A stretch of 64,000 nt of DNA, taken from the NCBI GenBank assembly GCA_943788175.1, contig CALSPG010000006.1, positions 160,001 to 224,000 on the forward strand, in the 5' to 3' direction. The notes under the pieces are model-generated. The model was not told where the DNA came from. It saw only the letters and a program-made list of their open reading frames with translations, and did not search any database. A program made the position numbers and the translations under genes. The DNA comes from an uncultured bacterium (GTDB taxonomy: Bacteria; Fidelibacterota; Marinisomatia; Marinisomatales; UBA1611). Positions 49,962 to 62,310 of this stretch are shown here, one piece after another (positions within the stretch are counted from its first letter, which is position 1; each line of letters starts with the position of its first letter).

Positions 49962-52410
49962 CTATGCTTTCTTTAAAGGTGGCTTTTTTTTGATATACGA
50001 GAACTTAAACTGATCTTTAATTGCATCAATTTTTATAAGAGTACCAATTTGGAAATTACGTTTCAACAAAGCCTCAGAAAGGTGATCTTCAATGGACAGT
50101 TGAATTTCACGCTTTAATGGCCTGGCTCCATATTTAGGTTTATAGCCTCGCTTTCCTAATAATCTTTTTGCTGCTACAGAGACTCTAATCTTTAATCCTA
50201 TTTTTGAAAGGTTATCATGTAAACTAGCAAGCTGCAGATCAATAATTTCAAAAATGTCTTTTTCGCTAAGCGAGTGAAATACTATTCTTTCATCTATTCT
50301 GTTTATTAATTCTGGTGAAAATGTATTATCAACTGATTTCATTATTTTTGATTCTATTGATTTTTGATTATGAGATGTTAGCTTACTTCCAAAACCTAAA
50401 TTATTTACTGATAGCTCCTTTGAGCCAAGGTTAGAGGTCATGATTATTATAGTATTGCTGAAATCAACCTTACGACCAAAACCGTCAGTTAAAACTCCAT
50501 CGTCAAAAATTTGCAACATAATATTAAAAAGATCTGGATGTGCTTTTTCAACTTCGTCGAATAATACGACAGAATAAGGGTTTCTTCTAATTTTTTCAGT
50601 TAACTCTCCACCCTCCTCATGACCAACATAACCAGGAGGAGCCCCAATTAGCCTTGATAAAGAAAATTTTTCACCAAATTCTGACATATCGATTTTGACC
50701 AAAGATTCTGTATGACTAAATAAATAATTTGCTAAAACTTTTGCGAGTTCTGTTTTACCAACTCCAGTTGGACCAAGAAAAAGAAAAACACCAATTGGCT
50801 TAGAGGGATCTTTTAATCCTGTTCTCGCCCTGCGAATTGCTTTCGCAACACTTTGAATAGCCTTCTTTTGACCAATTATAAATTGGCTAAGGCTTTCTGG
50901 AAGGTTCAAAAGTTTATTACTTTCGGTTTCAGCTACTTTATTTACAGGGATTCCTGTAATAAGAGAAACTACATCCGCAACATGCTCTGAAGAAATACTA
51001 TGCGCATTTACTTTTGTTTTTTCATTCCAAGTTTTTTGAGCATTACTAAGTTTCTCTAATAATTTGCGTTCTTTATCACGAAGAACTGCAGCTTCTTCAA
51101 ATTTTTGTTTTGTTACTTTGATTTCCTTTTTTGACCTTAATGATTCAACTTGTTTTTCTATTGAAATAATATTTTTTTGGAACTTCGTCATTAAACATTT
51201 GCGCTCTAGCACCAACCTCGTCAAGAATGTCAATGGCTTTATCAGGTAAAAATCTATCTGTTATATATCTTTCAGATAACTGAACACAAGCTTCAATAGC
51301 ATCATTTGAATATTTTACATTATGATGCTCTTCATATCTGTCTTTCAAACCCATGAGTATTTCAATAGATTCATTTACTGACGGAGCATTGATAATAATT
51401 TTTTGGAAACGCCTTTCTAAAGCTCCATCTTTTTCAATATGTTGGCGATATTCGTTTAATGTAGTTGCTCCGATACAATGTAAATCACCTCTAGCTAAAG
51501 AGGGCTTAAACATATTTGATGCATCTAATGACCCAGAGGCTCCACCAGCTCCGACTAAAGTATGAAGTTCATCAATAAAAACAATAAGGTTCTTTCGAGA
51601 TTCCAGCTCATTCATAATATTTTTTAAACGTTCTTCGAACTGACCGCGATATTTTGTGCCCGAAACCAAAGCAGCTAAGTCTAGAGATAATATTCTTTTA
51701 TTATGTAATAATCTTGGAACTGTTTTTCTTACAATCCTCTGAGCTAGTCCCTCAATTATAGCAGTTTTCCCAACCCCAGGCTCTCCAATAAGCACCGGGT
51801 TGTTTTTCTTTCTTCTTGCTAATACTTGAGCTACTCTTTCAATCTCTTTTTCTCGACCGATAACTGGATCAAGCTTTCCTTTTTTCGCAAGCCTAGTAAT
51901 ATCTCTAGAGAAATGATCTAATGTAGGCGTTTTTTCTTCACTCTTAATACTTTCAGAGTTATAAAAATCATCCTTGTCAGAATTTTCACCATCTATTAGT
52001 TCGCAAACAGTATCAAAATCGAGATCTAGTGAATGAAGAACCTCATAGATGATACCTTCTTTTTCTCTTAACATCGCTAACAACAGATGCTCATCATCGG
52101 CCACATTACTATTTCGAGAAGAAGCTTCAAGATATGCATTTTTTAATACTCTTTCAGCTCTCATGCTTAGGGGTAAATGCCCGAGTGATATTGTGCTATC
52201 AGAACTACTAATTAAATCTTCAATCATTTTTACAATCGATTTAGCATTAACATCATAAAGCTCAAAAATCTTGAAAGATATACCAGCTTTAATTTTTAAT
52301 AGGCCTATCAATAGATGCTCAGAACCAACATATGAATGACCTAGGCGTATAGCTTCTTCTTTTGCTAGTTTTAGTATCGCTTGTAATTTCTTAGAAAAAT
52401 TTTTCTTCAT
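49962..52410 (-). CDS. clpC: ClpC-type Hsp100 ATPase, split by a 1-nt frameshift in an A7 tract (51172-51178)
   Basis: Clp N-terminal repeats, [21 protein letters not shown] motif [30 protein letters not shown]. Confidence 0.92.
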
Positions 52411-52411
52411 T

Positions 52412-53085
52412 TTATCTCTTAAATAAGGTTTTTGACTTTAGTTCATATTTATCACTGCCCATATTTGCAATGCGCGGATTGTGAGTGGTTAATACAATGG
52501 ATGTGCCTAAATTTCTATTAATTGACTCAAAAAGGTCAATTAGTTTCATTGAGTTTTTTTCATCTAAGTTTCCAGAAGGTTCATCAGCAAAGAGAACTTT
52601 AGGATCATTAATTATAGATCGGAGAATAGCTGCTCTCTGTTTTTCCCCACCAGAAATTTCATTAGGATATTTATGACTTATTTTTTCTAATCCAAAATTT
52701 TTTAATAATTCATCTACTTTTTTATCTTTTCCATAATCTTTATTTATCCACGCAGGCATTAAAATATTTTCACGCACATTAAAATCAGGCAATAAATGAT
52801 GAAATTGAAAAATAAAACCAATGCTAGAATTCCTAATAAACATAACTGCTTTTCTGAAAAATTTTTAATATTACTACCCTTAATATTCAATTCACCTTTA
52901 TCGAAAACGTCTAAAGAACTTAATACATTTAATAATGTTGATTTACCGGCCCCAGACTCTCCAATAATAGAAATAATACTATTTTCACGAATTTGGATGT
53001 TAATGTTATCTAGAACTACTAGTCGGCCTTTCCCATTTTGATATGTCTTTACTAAATCTTTTGCTTCTATAATTATTTTACCCAT
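52412..53085 (-). CDS. lolD: Lipoprotein-releasing ABC transporter ATPase, 1-nt frameshift near 52835
   Basis: GESGAGKST in frame 1; [26 protein letters not shown] in frame 2. Confidence 0.88.
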
Positions 53086-54248
53086 TTAAGCATCTCCAAT
53101 GGATCAGTTCTTAAAAACTTTTTTGCACTAATTAATCCAGCAGTGATAATAAAAAACATGTTTATTATCAAAACTACTAGGATATCTTCATACACAATAA
53201 CCATTGGGAGTACTTCCATGGCATAAATTTCACTAGGCAAGGTGATTAGTTCATAATTATTTTGTAATAGAACAAAAGAAATTCCAAAAAACAAACCTAA
53301 GAGAAGACCTTTCAATCCAATTATTATTGTCTGAATTATTATTATTTTCTTAACATTGACTAATTCCATACCAAGTAACCTTAGAACACCAATATCTTTA
53401 ATTTTTTTCATAGTTATCAACGATATGGTTGATATCACGCTAAAACTAGCAACAACAATTATTAAACTTAAAACTATTATTGACCCTAATTTTTCCGCTT
53501 CAATTGCACTAACTAATACAGCATTCCTATCTCTCCATGAGTGAATTTCATTTCCTTTATCAATGATATTTGCAGCTTTTGCTTTAACTACTCCAATCTT
53601 TGACACATCACTTATTTTGACATCTAGTGCAGGTAAATTAGAATTATTATAGAATATTTTATTCCCTAATTTGTTTGAAATTAAAATATATCTATTATCA
53701 TAATCTAAGATCTTACTAAAAAATATACCCGAGATAGAGGTTTTGACTGTTGATGAAAAACCAAAAATTGAATTCTGATCTAATGGAGATGAGATAACAA
53801 CTTCGTCTCCTATTGACAGCCCCATTCTAGAAGCAATATCATTCCCAATAATAAGTTTATTATCATCAGCAATATCTCCAACAAACGGAATATTATAAAA
53901 CGACTTTAATTTATCAAAATCTAATTGCTTAAAAGTGACGATTGCCTCATTAATATTATTCTTTATAATACCCTTGCGATCTGAACTAAAAGACAGGTCC
54001 GTAATTGATTCGATTGTTCTAAATTTTGTCAAATCATAGTTTTGATTTAAACCTGAAATCTTAAGGTGTCCTTCAAAATTACTTATTTTTTCATCTAGCT
54101 TATTTTCAAAACCATTTAATACCGAAATTGAAATGACTAGAGCAAAAGACCCAATACAAATCCCTACAATTGAGATAATACTTGTGAACCTTCCTGTATC
54201 ATTTACAGATGAAAGAAACCTCTTTGCAATATGAATATAAATATTCAT
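53073..54248 (-). CDS. LolC/E-family permease
   Basis: SVLNGFE, MacB/FtsX topology, Y....LP motif; next to lolD. Confidence 0.85.
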   Translation of the reverse strand: MNIYIHIAKRFLSSVNDTGRFTSIISIVGICIGSFALVISISVLNGFENKLDEKISNFEGHLKISGLNQNYDLTKFRTIESITDLSFSSDRKGIIKNNINEAIVTFKQLDFDKLKSFYNIPFVGDIADDNKLIIGNDIASRMGLSIGDEVVISSPLDQNSIFGFSSTVKTSISGIFFSKILDYDNRYILISNKLGNKIFYNNSNLPALDVKISDVSKIGVVKAKAANIIDKGNEIHSWRDRNAVLVSAIEAEKLGSIIVLSLIIVVASFSVISTISLITMKKIKDIGVLRLLGMELVNVKKIIIIQTIIIGLKGLLLGLFFGISFVLLQNNYELITLPSEIYAMEVLPMVIVYEDILVVLIINMFFIITAGLISAKKFLRTDPLEMLKWVK

Positions 54249-55429
54249 CGCTGAGCTAAAAGTCTAATCACACCATTGTTAAACATTGATTTTGTCGGAA
54301 ACAAACCAGCAATTATTGAAATAAAAAAACTAAAAACAATAACCGTAATTGATGAGATGTAATCAAAAGTCACAGGTAAACTATCCATAAAGTAAACTTT
54401 TTCTGGTAGCGCGATTACTTTGTAATTATTTTGAATGTAAATGAATGACCACGCTGCCAATGAACCAAGAAGACTTCCAGCAAATCCTATTAACCCCGAT
54501 TGCAGTAAGAATATTTTTCTAATTTGACTATTTTGTAGACCTTGAGAAATCAGTAGGCCAACTTGTAATTGTTTCTCATTAATCATCAACGAAATTGTCG
54601 ACATTATATTTGCAATTCCTACAAGTGCAATTAGACTGAAAATGATAATAATTGGTATTTTTTGAGTATTGACCCAATCGAATATAATTCTATGCCGATC
54701 TTTCCAAGTTTCAACATAATACGGATATTTGACATGTTTACTAATTTTTTCTACCAAATATTTTATTTCCTCGTCAGAATTTACAATATAACCACTCACC
54801 TTCCCCTCCATACCGAACAGATTTTGAGCACTATTCAAACTTACATATGCAAGGTTTTTATCATATTCTTCCATACCTGATTTAAATATTCCACCAACTT
54901 GATATTTACTATATTTCAAATCGATAAGTTCACCTGTATAACCGTTTAACGGTGCAACTACTAAAATATCTGAAATATACAACTTTAGATTATCACTTAA
55001 AGAGCTTCCAATTATGATATTATCATCAGTTATAAAGCTATCTTTTAAGTTTAACAATGAAGGATTGCTGAAGGATTCTATACCTTCAACTAATAAACCT
55101 TCAGTATTCTTTCCTCGGCGCGCAATGAGCATCCCTCTGACAAAAGGTTTTACTTCAATTTTCAAGTTTGAATCAAGCAGTATAGAATCCAAACGGTCTG
55201 ATTCATCAATAGGCTTTCCAAAAATAGTTTTAATGCGAATCTGGCCATCAATATTTGAAATTTTATTTGCTAGGACTTCCTCAAAACCTTTAATGATACT
55301 CATAGTGAGGATAAGTGAAAAAACCCCTATTGCCAATCCAAAAACCGCCATAGCAATTGCGTTGGATGAAAAACTACTTTTTTTACCGCCTTTAAAATAC
55401 CGCAGCGCAAACTGCAGATATAAATTCAT
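54245..55429 (-). CDS. LolC/E-family permease
   Basis: ALRY, GLAIGV, GFE, GIFKSGMEEYD, YFMDSLP; start moved to ATG 55429. Confidence 0.85.
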   Translation of the reverse strand: MNLYLQFALRYFKGGKKSSFSSNAIAMAVFGLAIGVFSLILTMSIIKGFEEVLANKISNIDGQIRIKTIFGKPIDESDRLDSILLDSNLKIEVKPFVRGMLIARRGKNTEGLLVEGIESFSNPSLLNLKDSFITDDNIIIGSSLSDNLKLYISDILVVAPLNGYTGELIDLKYSKYQVGGIFKSGMEEYDKNLAYVSLNSAQNLFGMEGKVSGYIVNSDEEIKYLVEKISKHVKYPYYVETWKDRHRIIFDWVNTQKIPIIIIFSLIALVGIANIMSTISLMINEKQLQVGLLISQGLQNSQIRKIFLLQSGLIGFAGSLLGSLAAWSFIYIQNNYKVIALPEKVYFMDSLPVTFDYISSITVIVFSFFISIIAGLFPTKSMFNNGVIRLLAQR

Positions 55430-55431
55430 CC

Positions 55432-56925
55432 TTAATACTTTTCCGGTCTCATAGTCGGAAACAGTATTACGTCCCTTATCCAATGATTATTTGTAAGTAA
55501 CATTATTAATCTATCTATACCGATTCCAACACCCCCAGTAGGAGGCATACCAATTTCCATTGCCCTAATAAATTCCTCATCAATGGGTTGGGCTTCTTCA
55601 TCTCCCTGATCGCGTAATTTCGATTGTTCTTCTAATCTAGATCTTTGATCAATCGGATCATTCAGTTCTGAAAAAGAGTTCGCAAATTCAGCTCCACCAA
55701 TAAATAATTCAAATCTTTCTACAATATTATCACTACCATCTCTCTTTAATTTTGCTAAGGGTGATATCGACTTGGGGTAATCAATAACGAATGTTGGAGC
55801 TATGAGATTAGGCTCAACTAACGTACTCATCAGGCCATCGAGCATTTGATTTACATTACAATTGTCTTCAATATCTATATTATGATCTTTACAAACTGTG
55901 AACATCTCCGTCTTATCCATTTTTTCCAAATCAGCGCCTGTGGCTTCTTCAAGTAAAGCATAAAAAGACTTTTTCTCAAATTTCTTAGAAAGATCTATGT
56001 TTAATTTGCCCCAGTTAATTTTTAATTCACCAATACATTTTGCGGCATTCCGAATTATTTCTTCAACAAGCTCCATGCAGTCTTTATAATCAGCATAGGC
56101 CCAGTAAAACTCTAACATTGTAAACTCTGGATTATGATTTTTATCCATGCCTTCATTCCTAAAATCTTTTGACATTTCATAAACTTTTTCGAATCCACCA
56201 ATTATAAGCCTTTTTAAGTAAAGCTCATCCGCAATTCTTAAAAAAAGTTTTTGATCAAGGGCATTATGATGTGTTGTAAAAGGCCTTGCGTTAGCTCCTC
56301 CATATACTGGCTGAAGGACAGGTGTTTCAACCTCCAAAAACGCCTTAGCGTTAAGTGTTGCTCTTATTTCATTAATAACTTGAGTACGTTTTATAAAAGT
56401 TGACCTTGTTTCAGCATTCACAATCAAGTCTAAATGACGGTTTCTGTATCGAAGTTCTTTATCTGTAAAGGCATCATAAACTTCACCTTCTTTCTCTTTG
56501 ACAATTGGTAGAGGTCGTATGCTCTTTGATAAAACATCAAATTTTTCAGCAGATATGGAAATCTCCCCCACTTTTGTTTTAAAAACAACACCACTTATTC
56601 CAATAAAATCGCCAATATCCATTAATTTAAAAGCATCATAAATATTTTCGCCAACATTATCTTTTTTTATAAAAATTTGAATTCGTCCTTTATCATCCAT
56701 TACATGGGTGAAAGAAGCTTTTCCCATCTTTCTTAAAGCCATAATTCTCCCGGCGACACAAACAGTTTTATTCTCTAGGTTACTAAAACCATCAAGAATT
56801 TCAATACTTTTATGAGTAGGTGAGAATTTATGAGGGTAGGGATTAATACCTAGCCCTTTAAGTTTATTTAATTTTTCTTTACGAAAGTCAATAATTTGAT
56901 TAATACTTTTATTTTTTTCAGTCAT
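55432..56925 (-). CDS. lysS: Lysyl-tRNA synthetase (class II)
   Basis: VAGRI, EVETP, GGANARPF, FRNEG, HNPEFT, GMPPTGG.GIGIDRL. Confidence 0.97.
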   Translation of the reverse strand: MTEKNKSINQIIDFRKEKLNKLKGLGINPYPHKFSPTHKSIEILDGFSNLENKTVCVAGRIMALRKMGKASFTHVMDDKGRIQIFIKKDNVGENIYDAFKLMDIGDFIGISGVVFKTKVGEISISAEKFDVLSKSIRPLPIVKEKEGEVYDAFTDKELRYRNRHLDLIVNAETRSTFIKRTQVINEIRATLNAKAFLEVETPVLQPVYGGANARPFTTHHNALDQKLFLRIADELYLKRLIIGGFEKVYEMSKDFRNEGMDKNHNPEFTMLEFYWAYADYKDCMELVEEIIRNAAKCIGELKINWGKLNIDLSKKFEKKSFYALLEEATGADLEKMDKTEMFTVCKDHNIDIEDNCNVNQMLDGLMSTLVEPNLIAPTFVIDYPKSISPLAKLKRDGSDNIVERFELFIGGAEFANSFSELNDPIDQRSRLEEQSKLRDQGDEEAQPIDEEFIRAMEIGMPPTGGVGIGIDRLIMLLTNNHWIRDVILFPTMRPEKY

Positions 56926-56945
56926 AATTTTATTTTCCTGTAACT

Positions 56946-58053
56946 TTATAATATTTCTTTATTCATTTGGCCTAGCAAGTACGCTTTTATAAAGATATTT
57001 ATATCTCCATCCATTATACTTTGTATGTTTCCAGTTTCTTCTTTTGTTCTGTGATCCTTAACGAGGTTATATGGATGAAAAACATAAGAACGTATTTGAC
57101 TACCCCATGCAATATCTTTTTTTTTATCTTCTAAATCTTTTTGCTTTTCTTTTTCTTTCTCTATTTCGAGTTGATATAATCTTGCCTTTAACATTTTCAT
57201 AGCTTGATTTTTATTTTTATGCTGTGAACGCTCATTTTGACATTGAGCAACTATCCCCGATGGTAGGTGAGTTATTCGAACTGCTGAATCAGTTTTATTT
57301 ACGTGCTGACCTCCAGCTCCACTTGCTCTATATGTGTCAATTCGTAGATCAGCAGGATTTATATCGATTTCAATAGAGTCATCAACCGCTGGGTATACAT
57401 ATACAGAAGCAAAAGAAGTGTGTCTGCGACTATTAGAATCAAAAGGAGATATTCTAACCATTCGATGAACACCAAATTCTGCTTTTGCTTGACCATAAGC
57501 ATACTCTCCTTTTACTTCAAACGTAACATCCTTAATCCCAGCTTCATCCCCAGCCTGAAAGTCTAATATAGAAAATTCAAATCCTTTTTTTTCTGCCCAA
57601 CGCCCATACATTCTATATAGCATTTGAACCCAATCTTGACTTTCAGTTCCTCCAGCACCAGGATGAATTGTCATAATTGCATCTTGAGAATCTTCTTCTC
57701 TCCCTAAAATCATTTTTAATTCTAGATCCTCAACTGTGCTTTTATATGTATTTACTTCAAGATATACTTCTTTTGAAGAAATTTCACCCTCAGCATGAAA
57801 TTCAAACAGTATCTCAATATCACTCTGTTTTTCATCAATTTCGATCCATACATTAATTTCTTTTTCAATTCTAGAAATTTTTTTTAAGACAGCTGAAGCT
57901 TTTAGGTTATTATCCCAAAAAGAAGGGGCGGAAGTCTTCTTTTTAAGTTTTTTTAGACTATCATTTAAAGAAGGTAAATCAAAGATACCCCCTTAAAGAA
58001 GAATATTTTTGATTTGATTTTGTAAAAATCTCTCGTATATCAGATATTTCCAT
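56946..58053 (-). CDS. prfB: Peptide chain release factor 2 with programmed +1 frameshift
   Basis: 24-codon first ORF ending AGGGGG-TAT-CTT-TGA-T; SPF and GGQ motifs in the second frame. Confidence 0.96.
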
Positions 58054-58095
58054 AATTTAATTTACTGTATCAGAAATATTTATATGCCTAGAATG

Positions 58096-58875
58096 TTAAT
58101 CGCCAGAAGAAATAAATAATCTTTCATTTAAATAGCGTCTTAAAGACATTTCATCCATATCTAATTTTACAAAGCTTCCATTTTCAGCTGTTGCAATTGC
58201 ACCACGTTCTTCAGAAATCACAATAACGATAGCATCCGTTTCCTCAGTCAAACCCAAGGCCGCCCTATGCCTAGTACCCATATCAGGAGCAACCATTTCA
58301 CTCTCTGTTAGTGGTAAAATACATCCAGCTGCTTCTACTAAAGTATTTTGCAAAATAACGGCCCCATCATGCAAAGGCGAGCCAGGATTAAAAATAGATA
58401 ACAGAAGCCCCGATGTTACCTCTCCTTTTATTGGTGTTCCCGTCTCTTTGTAAATACGTAAACCTGTTTCTCGTTGTACGACAATTAATGCTCCCACTTT
58501 ATTTTTGCTAAGAAGCAAAGAGGATTCCACAATAGCTTCAAGAGATCGAGAAGTACCTACTCGAAAAATTGTTCTAAAAAATCTTGTTTGGCCTACATAA
58601 ATCAACAACCTACGTATTTCAGGTTGAAATAAAATAACAAAGGCAACAACCCAAATTGTTTGAAATTGGTTTATTAGCCAAGAAGTTGCACTGATTCCAA
58701 ATGCGTTGAATAAAAAAGATGCAATCAGGAGAATAATAAGGCCTATAAGCATTTGCCCAGCTCTAGTTTCTTTAAAGTACTGGTATACTTTATAAAATAT
58801 CCAAGTCACTAATAGGATATCAATTATATCAATCAGAGTTACTTTAATAAAGCCTATTTTGAAAAGATCTATCAT
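58096..58875 (-). CDS. cdaA: Diadenylate cyclase CdaA/DacA
   Basis: Three TMs, FQPEIRR, LHDGA, GTRHRAA, SEERG. Confidence 0.93.
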   Translation of the reverse strand: MIDLFKIGFIKVTLIDIIDILLVTWIFYKVYQYFKETRAGQMLIGLIILLIASFLFNAFGISATSWLINQFQTIWVVAFVILFQPEIRRLLIYVGQTRFFRTIFRVGTSRSLEAIVESSLLLSKNKVGALIVVQRETGLRIYKETGTPIKGEVTSGLLLSIFNPGSPLHDGAVILQNTLVEAAGCILPLTESEMVAPDMGTRHRAALGLTEETDAIVIVISEERGAIATAENGSFVKLDMDEMSLRRYLNERLFISSGD

Positions 58876-59711
58876 TTTGCCCTCAAAATATTTTCAGTAA
58901 TTACAACTGCTCTTTTAACTTCTTTCACATTATGAACCCTGACGATATTTGAACCATTTAGTATCCCAGCCACGATTGTAGCGATTGTACCCTCAACTCT
59001 ATCGTCTGGTGGCAAATCTAGAGCATCTCCAATAAAGGCTTTTTTGCTCGGACCTATTAAAAGAGGATAACCAAGAACTTTGAAATCTTTCAGTCGTCGG
59101 ATAATTGAAAAATTATGATCGAACGTTTTACCAAACCCAATACCTGGGTCAAGGATAATATTATTTTTTTCAATTCCTGCATCCCGAGCAGCACTAACTT
59201 GATTTAGAAAAAATTGTTTTATATCATCGATTAAATTCACGTACGAAATATTTTTTTGCATGGTTTTAGGTTTACCATTAATATGCATAATAATTACTGG
59301 TGTATTATTATTTGCTAATAAAGCCTTCATTCCAGAATCAAAGGTTAACCCGCTTATATCATTAACTATATCAGCACCAACGTCAATTGCTCTTTTGGCA
59401 ACACTCGATTTATAGGTATCCACAGAAACTAATATTTCATCACTTTTCTTTTTTAAAGCGTCTATGATCGGTATAACCCTTTTTAACTCTTCTTCTATAG
59501 AAACAGATTCAGATCCTGGTCTAGTAGACTCACCACCTATGTCAATAATATCTGCCCCTTTATTAACCATGTCGATAGCATGATCAATCGCAACTTTAGG
59601 ACTATTGTATAGCCCTCCATCACTAAAAGAATCCGGAGTGACATTTAAAACTCCCATAATAAGAGTGCTAGATGGTTTTTTTAACCAGTGTTTAAATTGG
59701 GTATTGTTTAT
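58872..59711 (-). CDS. folP: Dihydropteroate synthase
   Basis: NVTPDSFSDGG, DIGGESTRPG, DPGIGFGK, RVH. Start is ATG 59657 or ATA 59711 behind a GAGG SD. Confidence 0.95.
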   Translation of the reverse strand: MNNTQFKHWLKKPSSTLIMGVLNVTPDSFSDGGLYNSPKVAIDHAIDMVNKGADIIDIGGESTRPGSESVSIEEELKRVIPIIDALKKKSDEILVSVDTYKSSVAKRAIDVGADIVNDISGLTFDSGMKALLANNNTPVIIMHINGKPKTMQKNISYVNLIDDIKQFFLNQVSAARDAGIEKNNIILDPGIGFGKTFDHNFSIIRRLKDFKVLGYPLLIGPSKKAFIGDALDLPPDDRVEGTIATIVAGILNGSNIVRVHNVKEVKRAVVITENILRAK

Positions 59712-59756
59712 ATCGTAAACCTCTTTCCGAAACTGGATGTAAATTAAAGGTTCATT

Positions 59757-61760
59757 TTATAACTTACCATTAGGTTTTTTTTCGATTGAATCAGCCAAGC
59801 TAGTTTTATTTATTTTTCCATTAGCGGATTTTGAACTTTTTAAACTAGGTTTTCTTCTAACGATTGTTTTTCCATCTAAAATTTTCTGGATATCTTTTGA
59901 ATCAATTGTCTCGTGTTGCAGCAGAGAACTTGCCATAGAATGCAATAATTCTTTATTGTCATAAAGAATTTTTTCTGATTTTTTTTGAGCAATTCGTATT
60001 ATTTTTGCAATTTCCTCGTCAATCATTCTAGCTGTTACTTCGCTGTAATCTCTTTGAGATTGAATATCTCGACCCAAGAACACTTCATCATTATTTTTAC
60101 CAAAAGTCATAGGCCCTAGAGTATCACTCATACCCCATTCAGTAACCATTTTCCTAGCAATTTTAGTTGCTTGTTCAATATCGTTACCTGCTCCTGTAGT
60201 CATTTTATCAAAAATAAGCATTTCAGCAGCTCTTCCTCCCATTAAAATTGCTAATCTACCATCCACATAAGGTTTAGAATACCCGTGCTTTTCATCCATC
60301 GGTAATTGCATTGTTACCCCTAGCGCTCTTCCTCTGGGGATAATTGTAACTTTATGTACTGGATCAGCACCTTCAGTCTTAATAGCTACAATTGCATGTC
60401 CAGCCTCATGATAAGCTGTAGTTTCTTTTTCATCATCAGTTAAGACCATGCTTCTTCTTTGAACACCCATCATTACTTTATCTTTTGCTTCCTCAAAATC
60501 ATCCATATCAATAGATTTCTTCTTGGCTCTAGCTGCTAGCAACGCAGCTTCATTTACAATATTTGCTAAATCAGCCCCCACCATTCCAGGCGTTCCTTTA
60601 GCAATAGCTTTAAGATCAATCTTTCTTTTATTTAAAACCACTTTTTTTGTATGCACTTGCAAGATACCTAGACGACCTTTGATATCTGGTGCATCTACAA
60701 TAATTTGGCGATCAAACCTCCCAGGCCTCAATAAAGCGGTATCAAGAACATCTGGCCTATTCGTGGCAGCAATTACTATAATATTGTAATTATTATCAAA
60801 TCCATCCATTTCGACGAGTAAAGCGTTAAGAGTTTGTTCTCGCTCATCATGTCCACCACCAATACCGGCGCCTCTCTGTCTACCAACTGCATCTAACTCA
60901 TCAATAAATATAATACATGGAGTGCTCTTCTTTGCTTGCTCAAAAAGGTCTCTAACTCTTGAAGCACCAACACCAACAAACATTTCAACAAAATCAGCTC
61001 CGCTTAGGCTATAAAAAGGAACTCCAGCTTCGCCTGCAACAGCTCTAGCCATTAATGTTTTTCCTGTACCTGGCTGCCCAACAAGCAATGCTCCCTTTGG
61101 AACCTTTGCTCCGAGCTTTTGAAATCTTTTAGGGCTTTTTAAATATTCAATAACTTCCATTAACTCTTCCTTAGCCTCGTCACAGCCAGCAACATCTTTA
61201 AAAGTTACCCTGGGCTGATCAGAAGTCCATAAAGAGGCCTTACTTTTACCAAATTTAAAGATATTACCCATACCGCCGGCACCGCCTTGCATTCTGCGCA
61301 ACATAAAAAACCAAAATCCAATTAGTATAATCCAAGGAAGCATGTTGAGAAAATACCCTGTCCAATCAATACTTTTTTCTTGAAAAGTATATAGGATCCC
61401 TGCAGCATCCCATGTTTCTATTATTTCCCTATCAATGAATGGCATTGACAATCTAAATTTTGTGATATCATCTCTGATGCCCAATGGAGTATCAATAGTT
61501 TGTTTAGTTTTAAATTCACCATAAAATGTTTTGTTTATTATGATAGCACTTTTAATTGCACCTTCACTCAAATAATTTTTGTACTCGGTGTATTCAACTT
61601 CAACTTCATTATTCCTATTCTCTGACAGAACGCTAGAAAAGTAAACAGTTACTAAAATAATTGTTATCCATATAAAACTGGTCTTACCAGCTTTTTTCCA
61701 TTGAAATTCCAATTTTTCTTTTTTCTTTTTGTTGTCTTTTGATTTTTTGTTTTGTTCCAT
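59757..61760 (-). CDS. ftsH: ATP-dependent zinc metalloprotease FtsH
   Basis: Two TMs, [26 protein letters not shown] region, HEAGH. Confidence 0.97.
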   Translation of the reverse strand: MEQNKKSKDNKKKKEKLEFQWKKAGKTSFIWITIILVTVYFSSVLSENRNNEVEVEYTEYKNYLSEGAIKSAIIINKTFYGEFKTKQTIDTPLGIRDDITKFRLSMPFIDREIIETWDAAGILYTFQEKSIDWTGYFLNMLPWIILIGFWFFMLRRMQGGAGGMGNIFKFGKSKASLWTSDQPRVTFKDVAGCDEAKEELMEVIEYLKSPKRFQKLGAKVPKGALLVGQPGTGKTLMARAVAGEAGVPFYSLSGADFVEMFVGVGASRVRDLFEQAKKSTPCIIFIDELDAVGRQRGAGIGGGHDEREQTLNALLVEMDGFDNNYNIIVIAATNRPDVLDTALLRPGRFDRQIIVDAPDIKGRLGILQVHTKKVVLNKRKIDLKAIAKGTPGMVGADLANIVNEAALLAARAKKKSIDMDDFEEAKDKVMMGVQRRSMVLTDDEKETTAYHEAGHAIVAIKTEGADPVHKVTIIPRGRALGVTMQLPMDEKHGYSKPYVDGRLAILMGGRAAEMLIFDKMTTGAGNDIEQATKIARKMVTEWGMSDTLGPMTFGKNNDEVFLGRDIQSQRDYSEVTARMIDEEIAKIIRIAQKKSEKILYDNKELLHSMASSLLQHETIDSKDIQKILDGKTIVRRKPSLKSSKSANGKINKTSLADSIEKKPNGKL

Positions 61761-61775
61761 AAATATTTCCTTAAG

Positions 61776-62310
61776 TCACCTTGAAGGTGGATGTAACTTG
61801 AAAATTGATTTCAAATTTCTAAATCGTTGATTAAAATCTAGCCCATAGCCTACTACAAACTCTGATGATAGTTCAAACCCTATAATATCAATATTAAAAT
61901 TTAACTTATAATTGTTCGTTTTTGCTAAGAGTGAAACTATTGTAATGTCTTTTGGTTTATATTTTATTATATGTTCATATAAATATTTAATGGATAAACC
62001 TGAATCAATAATATCTTCAACAATAATAACTCGCCTATTTTTAATATCAATACTAAGGTCCTTAGACATTTTTATCGCGCCTGTTGAATTCATACCTCTA
62101 TAGCTAGAGATTTTAATAAAATCAACCTCACAATCAATGTCTATTGCTCTAATTATATCTGCTGTAAAAACAAAAGCACCATTCAAAATACTAACGATGA
62201 CAGGATTGGTGTCATGAAACTTCTCTGAAATTTCTAAAGAAATCTCGCTCACTCTTTTCGCGATATTTTCCTTCGAAATAAATAATTCAAAGTTCTTATC
62301 TTGACTTATA
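61776..62310 (-). CDS. hpt: Hypoxanthine phosphoribosyltransferase (start uncertain, upstream of GTG 62252)
   Basis: ILNGAFVF, ISSY, IVEDIIDSG, FVVGYGLD; in-frame DKNFELFISKENIAKRV upstream of the track start. Confidence 0.9.
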
